A stretch of 64,000 bases of DNA from Octopus vulgaris (lineage: Eukaryota), in the NCBI GenBank assembly GCA_951406725.2, contig OX597828.1, forward strand, positions 23,994,001 through 24,058,000, in the 5' to 3' direction. Below, one piece after another: positions 12,608 to 29,784 of the stretch (the first letter of the stretch is position 1; the number at the start of each line of letters is the position of its first letter). The position numbers and the translations under genes are program-made. The notes beneath the pieces were generated by a model. The model did not search any database. It was not told the origin of the DNA and worked only from the letters and a program-made list of their open reading frames with translations.

Positions 12608-12885
12608 GTGAAGGCACGTGGATTAGTGGTTGAGGCATTCAGCTCACAATCGCTAGGTCTTGAGTTCAATTCCCGGCGACTCGTTGTGTCCCTAAGCAAG
12701 ACAGTTTATTTCACGTTGCTGACTAGTACCTGTAATTCAAATGGGGCCAATCTTGTCACATTCTCTGTTACGCTGAATCTAGCCGGGAACTACGTTAAGG
12801 GTAACGTGTCTGTGGTGTACTCAGCTACATGCAGGTTAATCTCATGTGCAGTGAGATTAATGGAGTGCCAGACATAACGGAGAGT
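12608..12885 (+). mobile_element. tRNA-derived SINE (head H2, tail A), diverged
   Basis: Head and middle resemble 3405 (GTTGTGTCCCTAAGCAAGACAGTTTATTTCACGTTGCT). Tail resembles 9714 (GGGAACTACGTTAAGGG). Confidence 0.65.
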
Positions 12886-13349
12886 CATTTATATAAATCT
12901 GGACGAAAAGTGGTTTTCCGAGCCATGTACTTATAAGGCTAGTTTCTGAGACTCATTGGTGTTGATGGCCCTGCAGAGGACGGGACACCTGTCTGTTGCA
13001 GGAATATTCGTTTGTGTCAGCTGAAGGAACTGCAGCAATGTGAAATGACTAATTTTTTTTTAACAACACAACGTACGGTTCTGTCTAGGAATCGAAACCA
13101 CAATCTTACGATCATTAGTCCAACACTCTAAGCAGTAAACCCCGACTATCGCCCTCGCGCGCACACACACACACACACTCTCTCTCTCTCACACACACAG
13201 GCACGCACACGCACACACACATTTATGGTGAGCGCCTCATCTTCACAAATGATTGCCGTCTCTCTGAGCTTCCTGTTTGTCAATAGCATTTGTGACTTTC
13301 CGTCTGTGACCTCTTTGAGGATTATTTCAGTTCCGTTGCGAATTTGCAT

Positions 13350-14490
13350 GGTTTAAAGCATTGGCGACAGACGAATGTCGTAACATGCACTGGGGCTTAC
13401 GGTCACACTTTGCATACCAATAGCTTTTTATAGTCTCATTGAGGTTCTGCTAACAACCCCTCCGAAACCAGCACTTTAGGATTTCGTTCAGGAAGCGACC
13501 CTCCTCAAATCTTTTACAACCTTCCTTTATATGCTTCCTCCGCTCATTTCTTTCCTAAGCTAATTCTCTTGAGTTCGTTACATTGATTTGCAGTTCGTTC
13601 AAGTTATTTTTATGCAGACATGTTATCGTTCTTGTTTGTGCTAAGGACGCTTTCCAATGAGCAGCTCACCGTAGAACATCTGCTTTTTGATTCGTATTAT
13701 CTGGAATATGCACGCCATGGCCTATTCAACGCATCTAGGTTGATATGATGAGTGACTGAACGCTTCAGCGTCCTACCTTTGCAAGGTATTCATTTGCCAG
13801 TTGATGTTGAGTATGTGTCTCAAACAATTATGATAAAAGCGCTTATACAATCTCAGATGCTTACGATGAATTTTCAGAAGAGTAAGCGTGCATTACAAAC
13901 GCTCACCTTGGTCGTGTTGATGAATTAGTTTTCTAAGTCTCTTTTCCTAAGCCTTCCAAGTACTACAGGTGCTTTCTGAGTGCGTAGATGTATTTTTCAC
14001 TTAAGACTCAAGACCGAAGGCTGTACACAAATCTGCAAAAAGGACCCATAATATGCTGTATGCCATCAGGTGTGTCAAACAGGCGATCAACATTACCTGC
14101 ATAAAGGAGTTCTCTGACCAAAGTTTCAAATGTTTCCGAATTGAAGTTGAAGCTCCTCCAGTAGTTTTGAACTGAAAGAAGAAGTCAGGGAGACGCACGC
14201 GTCAGCTGAACGGCAAAGAATATAGAAAAGAGTGTGGCAGTAGCAATATCGCCTCAACTTATACCATTGGCGATGGGTATTTTCCCAATCAATTTTGCTT
14301 TAAAGACAACTCGAGCCACCATGTTCTGGTGCAGTCGCTCAAACACAGTAATAAACAATAGTGGGCAGCCGATCTTTCCAAGAATTGTCCACTGTGCATC
14401 TCGGTTAAGCGTAGCAAAAGCATTCGTTAACTCAGCAAAAATGACGTGATACAAAGACATCTGCTGTTCAGTGCCTGTCTCACATATGCA
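13350..14490 (-). mobile_element. RTE-clade LINE reverse transcriptase fragment (decayed)
   Basis: ORF 14254-14613 contains IFAELTNAFATLNRDAQWTILGKIGCPLLFITVFERLHQNMVARV, matching the RTE RT pattern FxDLxKAFD...LWxILxKxGCP. The lower boundary is approximate. Confidence 0.7.
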
Positions 14491-14510
14491 TGCATACCTG
14501 CATACATACA

Positions 14511-14544
<34 letters not shown>

Positions 14545-14799
14545 CACATACATACACACATACATACATACATACATACATACATACATACATACATACA
14601 TACATACATACATTCACACATACATACATACATACATACATACATGCATGCATACATACATACATACTTACATACATACACACATATACATACACACACA
14701 TACATCCATCCATCCATACATACATACATTCACACATACATACATACATGCATACATACATACACACATACATACATACATACACACATACATACATTA

Positions 14800-14935
14800 T
14801 TATGGCTGCCCTCTCGTTATCGAGTATGGCCATTGGACGAAGCTTAACTGTTACTGGTGCTGTGATCGAAAGTGACTTTTCAGCCCAGCTAAAGATCTAC
14901 AATTTCTTGTACAAAATTGGCAACTAAAACGTTTA
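14800..14935 (-). mobile_element. RTE-clade LINE 3' end
   Basis: FSCQFCTRNCRSLAGLKSHFRSQH C-terminal zinc-finger-like motif, then a short 3' UTR and (AAT) tail, inside a (CATA)n tract. Confidence 0.65.
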
Positions 14936-15027
14936 CTGATACATACATACATACATACATACATACATACATACATACATACATACATAAATACATACAT
15001 ACATACATACATACATACATACATACA

Positions 15028-15059
<32 letters not shown>

Positions 15060-16015
15060 GTAGATGATAATTCCCTTTATATGTAAATTGTGGGAGTGTC
15101 TTTCCAGTTGAAACTGTTACCAAGATTTCCAAGTGGTGAAAGACAAAAAAGGTCAGGTGAGAAAATATATAAAATATAATAAATCTGATATTTATGCAAT
15201 GCTTTATATGTTATTTCGCTTAATTTCACAGTCTATGACATTTTTTCTGAATCCTATAACACTCTATAAACGATATAATCGTCAATTACATACACACCGC
15301 TTCGTGAAATCAAAATGTTTCGGTTCTACGAAATTGGTAAATGAATAAATAAAATAAATGCAAATGATATCCAAAAATGAAAATCATTTCATTATAGATT
15401 CTTAATTCAGTAATTCGGACGAAGAATTTTCAAATTTCTGCATTGGATTGCTTTGAGAACAAATAATAAATACATAAACGAAATAATGTATTAATACATA
15501 AATAAATAAAGAAATATATAAAGAAATAAATGAATGAATAGATAATGGTATTTATTCGCTGATAATTGGAAACGATTCCGCCATGAATGTTATTACATCC
15601 AAATTAAATTAGCTACTTAAAATGTCTTGTATATTTGCTCAACCACAACTACGTACAAGAAGAAATATGCTTTTATGAGAATAGATTTAATATTTTAAAG
15701 TTATATATTTTGATAATTTTTTTCTTTTATTAGGAATCTTACGTAATTTTATATAAAAAAACCTTTTCTTTTTAATTTGATTTGATTACGTGAAAATTAA
15801 ATTTCATATTTTATATTTTACATTTACAAGTAATTTCAAAACTGAATATATGTTCTTGACGCTTAACACGGAAAGCAATGTCTAGTTAAACAACACGCCT
15901 AAATGGCATAATTGAGTGTATAGTTGCATGTGTATAGACAGACGGACAGACAGACAGACAAATAGATAGATAGATAGACAGACAGACACATATATAGACA
16001 GATAGATAGATAGAC

Positions 16016-16056
<41 letters not shown>

Positions 16057-16072
16057 TATAGATGGACAGCCT

Positions 16073-16182
<110 letters not shown>

Positions 16183-16340
16183 GGGACAGCCTGATAGATA
16201 GATAGACAGATAGATAGATAACTTTATTGGTCACACAGTGCTAAACACAGCGGGGACAAATACAAATGTAGAGCTTTTCTTTTCGAAAAGGAAAAAGAAA
16301 AGGGGATCATGAGAAAAACATTTAAAATTCCGATCAAAAG

Positions 16341-16530
16341 GGCTGATATACCCGTTTTGGTTGATATACCCTCCAGCCTTCATCAGGTGTCTTGGGGAAA
16401 TTTCGAATCTGGGTTCTCATTCTTAAGGTATTTCCCAATACACCTGATGAAGGCTGGGGGGTATATCAGCCGAAATGTTGTAAATAACGTAAATAATGTA
16501 CCTAATTCCTCATCTCTTAAATATAGAACT
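16341..16530. mobile_element. Inverted pair of hammerhead-containing tails (same family as 4385-4590)
   Basis: 16354-16390 is the reverse complement of 16440-16476. The sequence matches the 4420-4590 tail, including CCTCATCTCTTAAATATAGAACT. Confidence 0.8.
16440..16482 (+). ncRNA. Minimal type I hammerhead ribozyme motif (core intact)
   Basis: ACAC-CTGATGA-A-GGCTG-gggggtatat-CAGCC-GAAA-TGT-T-GT. The core and a 5-bp stem II are intact; the 3' strand of stem I is truncated by a deletion. Confidence 0.65.
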
Positions 16531-16792
16531 AGGGTAGATTTGTTTGTTCGAATAAAGGCGGTGATTCAGCATGGCCGCAGTCAAATAACCGAAAAACAAA
16601 AGATAACCATAACAAAATGTCTTTCTATTAGTCGATTTTCTCTTGGTAGCTAAGCAGATCGTTGTTCAACAAGGTGTTAACGGGTTCAGTCCAGTTTTGC
16701 GGCACCGAGAACCCGTACTCATTACTGCTGACTCGGACCGACCAATACCTTGTGAGGAAATATGACAGTCGTAAACTCTGTTAAGTGTCATC

Positions 16793-16867
<75 letters not shown>

Positions 16868-17443
16868 GTGGGGGTGTTTATCGAGCCCAAAAGGATGTGA
16901 GGCAAAGTCTACCTTGGCAGAATTTGAACTAAGAATTTTAAAGTCGGACGAATTGCCGCCAAGAATTATACTCGGTGTTCCCTAGAAATTGACATAATTT
17001 GGAATATGAATGTCTGAGCGGCAACATGTCCGAGGAAAACGAAATAGAATAAGGTTTCATATTGAACAATAACAAATGCAGTTTTTACCGAACAGGTGAT
17101 TCCGAGAGATTTAGATTTAATAAGTGATTTCATAAAGCTTCACATACGTTCAATACGCGCACCGCCTGTGACACGTAACACGTCAAGTCAGCAGCCCACC
17201 TCCTGCCAAATACGTTGTCGTATGTCTTACGTAATATTCTCCAACACATCGGAAATTTTCTGCTCGACTATATCTAGGTTTGTAAGAAGAGGCAGTATAT
17301 AGCCCCATAGAAAAAAAATTACAATTTGTCAAGTCAGCTTGGACGCGATGGCAATTTGAACAGCACATTCTTATCAATATGATGCCCAGTTCAAAATTAG
17401 TTTTTACACATTTTGTTAAAATTTGAGATCATTTTATTGAGAA

Positions 17444-17833
17444 CTAGCAGTATCGCCCGATGTTGCTTGGGTTTGTTTCGACCATTTCGAATTGAAATTT
17501 TTGAAAAGTAAAACTTTTGCATTATATAGCTTGTTATTCTCTTTAAGTGATCATTTTTCTCGTTGAAATACACCACAAAATGGTGACACAGCAGTCAAAA
17601 ATCGTAAAACAATAGGGATTTTCATAGAAATAAAAGCACCTTTTTGATGTAAATAAGTTTTAGTGTTAATATGGTCCGATTTGAATTGTTTTTCTACGGA
17701 AGAAAGAGCAAGTTTTCTTCTATCATACTCTCAATTTTGGTCAACTTGTGCCGCAGGGTCTCGGAGAAGATAATGTTAGTTGAAAGCTACCAAACCTGCC
17801 ATACACAGACAACTTCAGCTTTATATATATAGA
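17444..17833 (-). mobile_element. Non-autonomous Helitron
   Basis: Minus strand starts A|TCTATATATATAAAG and ends with the GC-rich hairpin CCCAAGCAACATCGGG followed by CTAG|T. These are the TC...CTRR ends at an A^T site. Confidence 0.7.
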
Positions 17834-17840
17834 TGAACGT

Positions 17841-17886
<46 letters not shown>

Positions 17887-18596
17887 TGCGCGTGTGTGTT
17901 TGATGGGGTGAGTGATATGGGCGAGAGAGTTAACTGAAATTTTGTTATTCTCTTGTTATAGTGAGAGAAAATGTGAGTGAGTAACAGAGAAAAGGAAAGA
18001 GGGGTTATGTATGTTGGCGGGGGGATTCCATTAGAAAAGTTTGCTCGAGAGAGAGAGAGAGAGGCTGGAGGAGAAAGAGCGACAGAGAGACAGCGATTAC
18101 GGAGAGGGAAAGAGAGTGAGTAGAAGCTGTGGAAAACCGTTATAGAGACAAATAGGAGGGAGGGGTAAAGAGAGAGATGGAAGAAGAAAGGGTGATAACC
18201 ATTAGGGAGAAAAAACAAACATTTGTCAAAGTCCGTTGAAAGACAATGAACTTTTCACTCTCTTTGCCATAGCAACCACATCTTTGCCATAGCAACCACA
18301 ATTTTAACCATCGCAGGTCGCATCCGCACCACACATTTAGTATCCCTGCTAATTTTCAGTTCGATCCTAGCACGTCTAGTGCCATTGAATCTTTACCAAA
18401 GCCAAAGTGTCAAGTTTCTTTCCTCTTTTATATAGGTAGATTAGCTATGATATTAAACTCCGAAATTATCTCAATTTTGAGGTACACCTTAAATATATAT
18501 TTTCACTATGTACTTCATGTATAAATTTTTATTAGTTAACCATTTGCAGCTACTTACTCAATATGAATAAATTGAAAACCTACTTTGTATACATTT

Positions 18597-18683
18597 ATCT
18601 ACTTCTGAAGAGATTCGACTTTCAAATAATTTTTAATTTAATTAATTAATCTTTGAGAGCCTGAAATGAAATAGCTGTAAGTG
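18597..18683 (+). ncRNA. Possible decayed hammerhead motif with long AT-rich stem II
   Basis: TACTT-CTGAAGA-GATTCGACTTTCAAA...TTTGAGAGCCTGAAAT-GAAA-TAGCTGT-AAGTG. Stem III is near-palindromic (A(C>T)AGCTGT); the stem I register is imperfect. Confidence 0.35.
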
Positions 18684-19929
18684 ATGTTTGTCAATTTCTT
18701 AATTAATAAATAATAATTTATTGATTACTTTTCTTTTCTCTCATCCTATTTTTATAATAAATAATATATAAATATATAAATCTAGGTGTATATAGTTACT
18801 CTGCAATGGAGTATTAAATATAGTGTCCAATACTCTTTGTATAGGTAACTAACCAGTACATTCATAAGATTTTGCCATACCTGAATAACGTTTATAACAT
18901 TTAATTGTGATTGTATATGTATATATATATATATTCGTGTGTATGTGTGTTTCTATGCACACATTCACAATATTGGAAAATGTTAAATAACAAACAAATT
19001 ATTCTTTTAGTTTGTCAAAGCAATTTTTATTTGCATTAGGAAGAAATTGAAAGAATTGAAAGAGTATATTTTACATTGAAATGAAAATAGAAAAAACTTG
19101 TATATATAATACAGTTTAATATAATATGATATAATGTAATATAATATAATATAATATAATATAATATAATATATGATATGATATATATCAGATAAAGAAC
19201 AAAAACTATAATAATGTAAAAGAAATGAAGTTACAAAAACAAATCGGTTGAATTATTTGAGTACATCATTCTTATGTTTAAATTTTATATTAATTTTCAT
19301 TTGTATTTTGATGAGTTTTTTTTTTTAAATATTTATTTTCAGAATCAAAAACTCGGTTCAATTGAAGTTTCTTAAGACAATACATTTTATTCACACTATT
19401 TAGAAGCCACACTCATGATCTTCAAGATAAAGATAAAAGAAAATGTTGTTAGCGACAAAGTACAATATAAACAGCGTCTCATCCACAAGAAGATTTTGTT
19501 GGTGACGTAAAGAAGGTGGGCGCAACCCCCATTGTTTTTCTTTGCTGTATTCATCAGATTCACACACACACACACATACATATGCACACATACACACACA
19601 TACATACATGCAGACAAACACTCACACGAGCAGAATCAATCTCATACATACATACATACATACATACATACATACATACATACATACATACACAGATTCA
19701 TATTAAAAAGTGTGCTTGAAGAAATCACAGAGAAGGATCTTTTGTTGTTTAATTTTTTTTTTGCATTTTTCTTTTTATTTATTTTTGTTGTTTTTTTTTC
19801 ATTTTTAAGTTGATATTTATGTCGTTATCATCAATTTAATATTATCATATCTAAATACTAATGAACATCCAATATGGCAGTAAGTGAGCAAATGGGGAAA
19901 AAGCCAAAATAATAATAATAATAATAATG

Positions 19930-19990
<61 letters not shown>

Positions 19991-20009
19991 AAACGATAAT
20001 AATAAACTC

Positions 20010-20293
20010 AAGTTTTGGCACAAAGCCAGTAATTTTTTAATGGGGAAGGCGTTAGTCTTTTACATAGACACCAGTACATGACTGGTACTGTGTTTTATCG
20101 ACCCCTCAGGGATGAAAGGTGTAGTTGACCTTTGTGGAAATTCAGCACGAAAAGTTAGAAGAAATACCACCAGGAATTTCGTCCCATACGCTAACGATTC
20201 TCCAAGCTCGACCTCGGAGGAATTTGAAGGACGGACGAAATGCCGCTAAGCATATTGCCAGGCCTGCTAACAATTCTGCCAGCTCACCGTCCA

Positions 20294-20295
<2 letters not shown>
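20010..20295 (-). mobile_element. Family M SINE, diverged, between (AAT)n tracts
   Basis: TTTTATCGACCCC..GGATGAAAGG core and two CTAAC..TTCT(G)CCAGCTC head remnants. Confidence 0.6.
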
Positions 20296-20337
<42 letters not shown>

Positions 20338-20773
20338 TAATAATAATTAGTGAAGGTAGAGGAACAATTATGATTTCTAACAGAGGCACATACCTTCATA
20401 TTTTCATCAGATGAAATTCAGTCATTTATGTGACTGGTACATACATTTATGGACCCTGGAAGGATAAAATGCCAAATTGAACTCGGCAGAATGTGAAAGT
20501 AGAGCGTAAAGAGAGGCAGCTAAATGCCATCGAAGTCATTTCGTCCGTAGGTTCACGGTTGAATTTATAATGAGCTACCGGATTTATAAGGTTAGAAAAT
20601 AGTAAGGAAAATGCGAAAGATTTAAACATACAGATATTGTTTCCGACAATACCATCATCATCATCATCATCACCCCCCTCCTCCACTTCCTCCTCCTCCC
20701 TATCATCATCATCATCACCATTATCGTGTTCTTCGTCTTTGTCATTGTCGTTATTATTGTTATTATTATTATT

Positions 20774-21439
<666 letters not shown>

Positions 21440-22106
21440 TACCTTAGTTAAATGTGTTTTGTATGCGTATTTCAGGGAGTCATTACACTTTCAAAAATGA
21501 AAAATGAAACCCATTGCATTAACGGCCTTACTGAGGAAGGGGTCGGGAGAAAGAAGGAAAAGCTATACCAGGAAGAGTGTAGATAGGTAGGGGAGGCACA
21601 GGGCTACCCATAGACACTGCCACCCATATGCTCAAATACAAGAACAAAAATATATACATTTTATTTTCAGTACTAAATTCGGCTTCACTCAAGGCAGGGT
21701 CAAATGTCAAAGGTCACACTCTCAATGATTGTCAATTTCCAACCACCCCCAATTTCTGTCACTCTTCGTTTTCTTTTTCTCTTTAACTTCCAGCCTCTCC
21801 ACCTCTTCCTCTCTCTAGTGCTCTCCCTCTCTTTATGTATAAGTGTATCGAGGCTACTAAAGCTATACGTAATAGTATTTAAATAATGAGTTAAACAAAG
21901 TTTCGACAGAATATGTTGCAAGCCGGTGTGATTTTAAGTTACGTGTGTAGCCCTCAAGATTTTTCTATCAAAGGATAACGTTTCCAGGGAAAGAAAAATA
22001 AGAACGGAAGAATAAAAATAAATATGGCACAAGTAGAAAACAATAAAGATGGAAGAAGAAATATTATGGAAAATCCCATCACTTTTGACAGGGACTACGC
22101 TAATTG

Positions 22107-23843
<1,737 letters not shown>

Positions 23844-23987
23844 CCTCAGCATCATCATCATTATTATCATTAGTATTATTATTATCATCATCATCCTTAT
23901 CATTATCATCATTTTTAGCAATATTATTATGTTGTTAATTATTATTATGTGATCATTTTATTTATAAAATAGCAATAATGATATTAC

Positions 23988-24109
<122 letters not shown>

Positions 24110-24412
24110 CATCATCATTATTATTGTATATTGTTTACAATTGTATTAATTTATCCTATCGTATAATGAAAATCAATTAGCCTTATGCCCAGCAATGTCT
24201 TCGATTTTAGTTAATGAAACTTAAATTTGATACCGTGATGAGGAAGACGATGAAAAGTAGGAAGAAGTAATCGATCACGATGGTGATGCTAATCATCCTG
24301 ATGATGGTGCTCATGATACTGATGGCGGCGTCGGTAGTGACGCTCCTGGTGCAGATGTTAATAATAAAAATATCAAAATCTTAATAGAATTAATCAAAAA
24401 CAACAATGAATG

Positions 24413-24482
<70 letters not shown>

Positions 24483-24601
24483 TATATATATATGTATGTA
24501 TGTATATAAATATATATACATATATATATTATATATATGTATATGTGTATATATATACATATATACATATATATATATGTATGTATATATATATATACAT
24601 G

Positions 24602-24645
<44 letters not shown>

Positions 24646-26170
24646 AGTATTATGTATGTCGAAACACAGACATACATATATACAATGGAATATTTCTTTT
24701 CACTTTTTATTTATATTTTTTCTTCCTTTTTTAATATTCATTGATATATATTCTCTTTTAAGAGTCCAAATTAATTTTCTGGTTCTTCAATGTTTTAGCT
24801 AGCACTGCGTGTGTGAATGTCACTAAAGTGACAGCATCTCTTCGAAAACTGGACATAGGGGGCAGCACAGACGTCTTGTACAGCTGTTAATGTTTGAGGC
24901 AATTCTATTCTCCTAACGAGGTTTTTTTTTCAAGTTTCACACATTTATTTTAACCAAGACAACGAAACATTTAAATATATCCATATCTTCGACTTTTTAA
25001 AACCAACTCTGCGTTTTCTTAGACAATTCGGCGAATATTCTTTTAAAATGTTAATAGCCAGAGGGCCCTAATATGGCAGACAGACAAATAGATTTCAAAT
25101 GTCAGATTTATCGTATAACAGTATTGAATTTCCTCGTTCAGTGTTTGGAGTTTGTGCTAACATGCAGCCGAGGTTTACAGTTTCGTTCAAAAATTTGCAC
25201 TTGTAAGAACTGAATACAAATAATATTTCTGGTGAATATTATTAACATTGTCATCTTTTACAAGGATTTTGGGACAAATCATATAAATTAAATTCGTAAA
25301 TTTTAATATTTTTTTTTGAGTAATCATATGTGAAAACACTGCACCAATAGCCGTGTTCATTATCTTTGAGTGACTCGGGAATGAAGATAGAAGCTATCAT
25401 CAGATAGAAGCAATGCTTGTACCTGGATATGTCATATTAAATGTGTCCAAGAAGCACGGAGTTGTGTCAAATGGGATAATATTTTGTGCCTAATAGGAAC
25501 TTAAAATTACTCTTCATTTTTCCTCCTTGGAAATATCCTTTGACAAGGGTTAATTTTTAAAGAGATATCAGATTTTTCGAACTCAGCAGAATTCTGGCAA
25601 TTTCTTTACCGATTCCATAGCGATAACAGACAAAGGCTGCACAAACTAAGTATGCCATTAACGCATGTCATAGTTGATATGCGTCAATTTAGAAAGGTGT
25701 CAGATGAAAAAATAATAAAACAAAAATATCTAGGATTTAATGATGTGAATTGCTGAAATCCGACCATTTATACAATACACCAAGGGCATAATTTATCACT
25801 CTACGAGTGACAAGCAAAACGATAGAGCCTTGTGTTTGTTTCTCGATATATAAGATAATACAAGTAAACCTCTACTTAATCATACCCCGCAGTAGGGCTC
25901 AAGCTGTCTATTGTTATCTGGTGTGTCTCAGATATAATTACATAAAAACATAATTTTAGTTTCTAATAAGTTCCATACAAAAATATGAGTAACTATACAT
26001 GTTATTCATAAATTGGTTATACATTTGTAGTTTACTAAAATAATATATTCAGGAGTCTATGTATTTTAGTTAATTATTATTTAATAACATTTTTTTCTGA
26101 TTTAAAACTCATGTCAAATAGATTCAGACATGTTACGTTGCTGTCTCCGGAAAGAAGGTATGGGTTAATA

Positions 26171-26632
26171 TACGAGAGTGGGCTTGAAATTTCATAGGCT
26201 GACTATGAACGAGTGGTAACTGAGATTGGAAATCTCACACGCATTCATTTCAACCCTACGTATTAATAACTGCAGCGTTTTCTTCCAGGTAAACTGACAT
26301 ATCAGCGAGATCGCGTAAAAATGGACAAAATTTGTCATTTAATGGGTTATTATGTACCTATAGTAAAAAAGGTTTAAACACCCAGGACACTCATATTGAC
26401 ATTTCCCCCACATTAGGAATGACACTCCTGCTTTATCAAGAGAGCTAATGGGAGCAGCTGAATTTAGGAGGGGAATGTAGAGTGTTAAAGATGACCCCCG
26501 TTCTGGACATCCTGCAATTACTACCACCGAGGTAAACATTGATCATATTCACTACATGGTAATGGATGAGTGGGGATTAACTATAAAACTAATAGCCAAT
26601 GCTATTAGCATATCCCACGAGCAAGTTGAGAA
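26171..26632 (+). mobile_element. Mariner transposon 5' fragment (decayed)
   Basis: TACGAG.. TIR-like start and an N-terminal HTH region reading, with frameshifts, MDKI...AAEFRRG..VKDDPRSGHPAITTTEVNIDHIHYMVMD...IANAISISHEQVEN. Confidence 0.75.
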
Positions 26633-26898
26633 TGCTAACCTTTACTATACACAAGCACACATTCATAAATATACATGTCTAAATGTATATACATATCTAT
26701 GTGTATAAACACATGCACAGTTACAGATACATGACACACACACAAACACACAAACTCATACATATAAATAATATATATGTACATATCTAAGTATATATAG
26801 TAGTATATATGAGTTTCTAAATTTCTACACACACTTATGTGTGTTTGCGCTCTCACGTGTACATATGATAGTTTACATATGTATGCATATGTATATGT

Positions 26899-26981
<83 letters not shown>

Positions 26982-27471
26982 CATATATCAGATACACAAA
27001 TATTTATGTATGTGAAGCATAATGTATTTGTGTATATATATATGCATGTGTGTAAGTTTGTTTGTATGGCGGAGTAAATGCACAAATAAAACCCTACATT
27101 TACATTAATTTAATATTCAAAATTTTCAATTAATTTGAAACAAAATAAAATTCAAAATATCATATAATAGAAATAATTAAGCCGGCATCATGTCATCGTA
27201 AGAATGGTGGTTACTTAAAAAAGAACGTATTCGTGGAAGCCAAGCGATCACACATACAAACACGCATACATTCACACACACACACACACAAAAACCGACA
27301 TGATCACGTTAGAATATGAGAGCGTGAGAAATACAAATACGTTAATAATTGTAACTATTCATATATGCATAGAAACCAGTGTGTTTAGACACATATAAAC
27401 ACAAAATTATGTATGTGTCAATGTACGTGGGTATGCATGTATACATACATACATACATACACACATGCACA

Positions 27472-27531
<60 letters not shown>

Positions 27532-27538
27532 AATATAC

Positions 27539-27573
<35 letters not shown>

Positions 27574-27724
27574 TGTATGTATGTATGTATGTATGTATGT
27601 ATGTATGTATAAAAACGCAAACACACACAGGAACTGCATTGAGAAATTTTTATCCAGCGTTGGTGATACATGAAAAAGCGAAGCCCAAAGCAACGAACTC
27701 TCTTTCCAGTTACAATACAACTAA

Positions 27725-28060
27725 TAGGCGTGGCTGCGTGGTAAGAAGCTTGCTTCCCAATCACATGGTTCCGGGCTCAGTCCCACTACATGGCACCTTG
27801 GGCAATTGTATTCTACTATAGCCTTGTGCCGACCAAAGCCCTATGAGTAGATTTGGTAGAGGGAAACTGGAAGAACCCCTTCGTATATATGTATTTGCGT
27901 GTATGTACGTTTGTGTGTCTGCGTTTCCCCCCTCCAGATAATGCTTGACAACCGAAGCTGGTGTATTTACGTCGCCATGACTTAGCGGTTCGGCAAAGAT
28001 GGCCGATAGACTAAGTACTACGCTTATCAGGAATAAGTCCTGAGGCCGATTTCTTTGACA
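27725..28060 (+). mobile_element. tRNA-derived CORE-like SINE (family C)
   Basis: GGCGTGGCTGCGTGGTAAGAAGCTTGCTTCCCAA..GGCACCTTGGGCAA.., an internal TA/TG tract and a 3' half as in the 57288 copy. Confidence 0.8.
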
Positions 28061-28085
28061 AAAAATTTACTATGTGTGTGTGTGG

Positions 28086-28123
<38 letters not shown>

Positions 28124-28354
28124 TCATACATATATACATACACACACACACACACACACATTAGGACATATTTGATTAACTATTGCATCCATGAAAATAT
28201 GCCATTCAATGTCAGTGTTTCAAGCGATCTGTTATCTGAAGTTACTAGTTATGATTAACCATCATCTATGGTTAAGCACCGAATGGTTAATGCAATATTT
28301 AGATAACAGGAATTACATTCCGAGGGGTTTTTTTGGGTACTGAATTTTATATTG

Positions 28355-28742
28355 TTACTCTTTTACTCTTTTAATTGTTTTAGTCAATTGACTGTGGTCA
28401 TGCTGGAGCACCACCTTTAGTCGAGCAAATCGACCCCAGGGCTTACTCTTTGTGAGCCTAGTACTTATCCTATCGTTCTCTTGTGCCAAACCGCTATGTT
28501 ACTTGGACGTAAACACACCAGTATTGGTTGTCATGCGATGTTGTGGGGACAACAACACACAAAACACAGATACACAAACATATACACACACATATATATA
28601 CATATATACGACGGGCTTCTTTCAGTTTCCGTCTACCAAATCCACTTACAAAGCTTTGGTCGGCCCGAGGCAATAGTAGAAGACACTAGCGCAAGATGCC
28701 ACGCAGTGGGACTGAACCCGGAACCATGTGGTCCGTAAGCAT
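28355..28742 (-). mobile_element. Family C SINE
   Basis: Reverse-complement match to 57288-57690, including the CTCCAGCATG..CAGTC tail. Confidence 0.8.
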
Positions 28743-29136
28743 CACATCATGATTATTTAAATATATACACATGTTTGTGTATGTAGGTTTTGCTCGCACA
28801 TATAATTCTCATATGTATCTATTTATTATGCTGAAGATATCTAGAAATTGTCAAATTAAAAATGGAAGAAGAAAACAGAAATTTGATAACGATTGATTCA
28901 TATTTTGCTGTTAATGGGTTTGGGTGGCGAGATACATCATACTTCCTCACACATCGTACATATGGCAAATATGGAAGCATAATAAAAATAAAATTGCTTG
29001 AATCTCAAGTGTAATTCGTATCCCGCCTATGATTACAATGCAATATACATATTTCCACTGAATTATGAAAATGTTCGCACAATCTATAAAGAATAATTAA
29101 AATATTCATAACGATGTACAAATATATGCATATATG

Positions 29137-29264
<128 letters not shown>

Positions 29265-29738
29265 TGAGTGTCTATGTGTACACGTATATATTTTACTGAC
29301 AAGGAAGTGAATATATATACGTATGTAATATAATATATGTATATATATATATCTATTTATATATATATATATTTATATATATATATATGTATATATATTT
29401 ATATGTATATATATAAGTATATATATATATTTTTTTTTTTTGTATGTATGTATGTATACTCATACACGAAGACGTATATATATCTGCATGCATGCATGTG
29501 TATCAGGGAGTCTACTGCATGCCCGTAGTTATTGGTGCTATGAAGCCGCAATGATTTGTCAGAGAATGCTAGGACTTATAACATTCCGCTGGTATGATGT
29601 TGTCATTGAAGTATGGATATTGATCAGGGTTCCATGCATGCATATATACATTTATACAGACGCACACACATACACATACATACACACATATACATACATA
29701 CATACATACATATATATATATATATATGTATGTATGTA

Positions 29739-29784
<46 letters not shown>

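Noticed and set aside
19343-19515. Exon-like segment with a strong acceptor (ttttcag) and AAG|GT donor on +
   Set aside because: All three frames contain stops. It could be a non-coding exon but is unsupported without RNA data.
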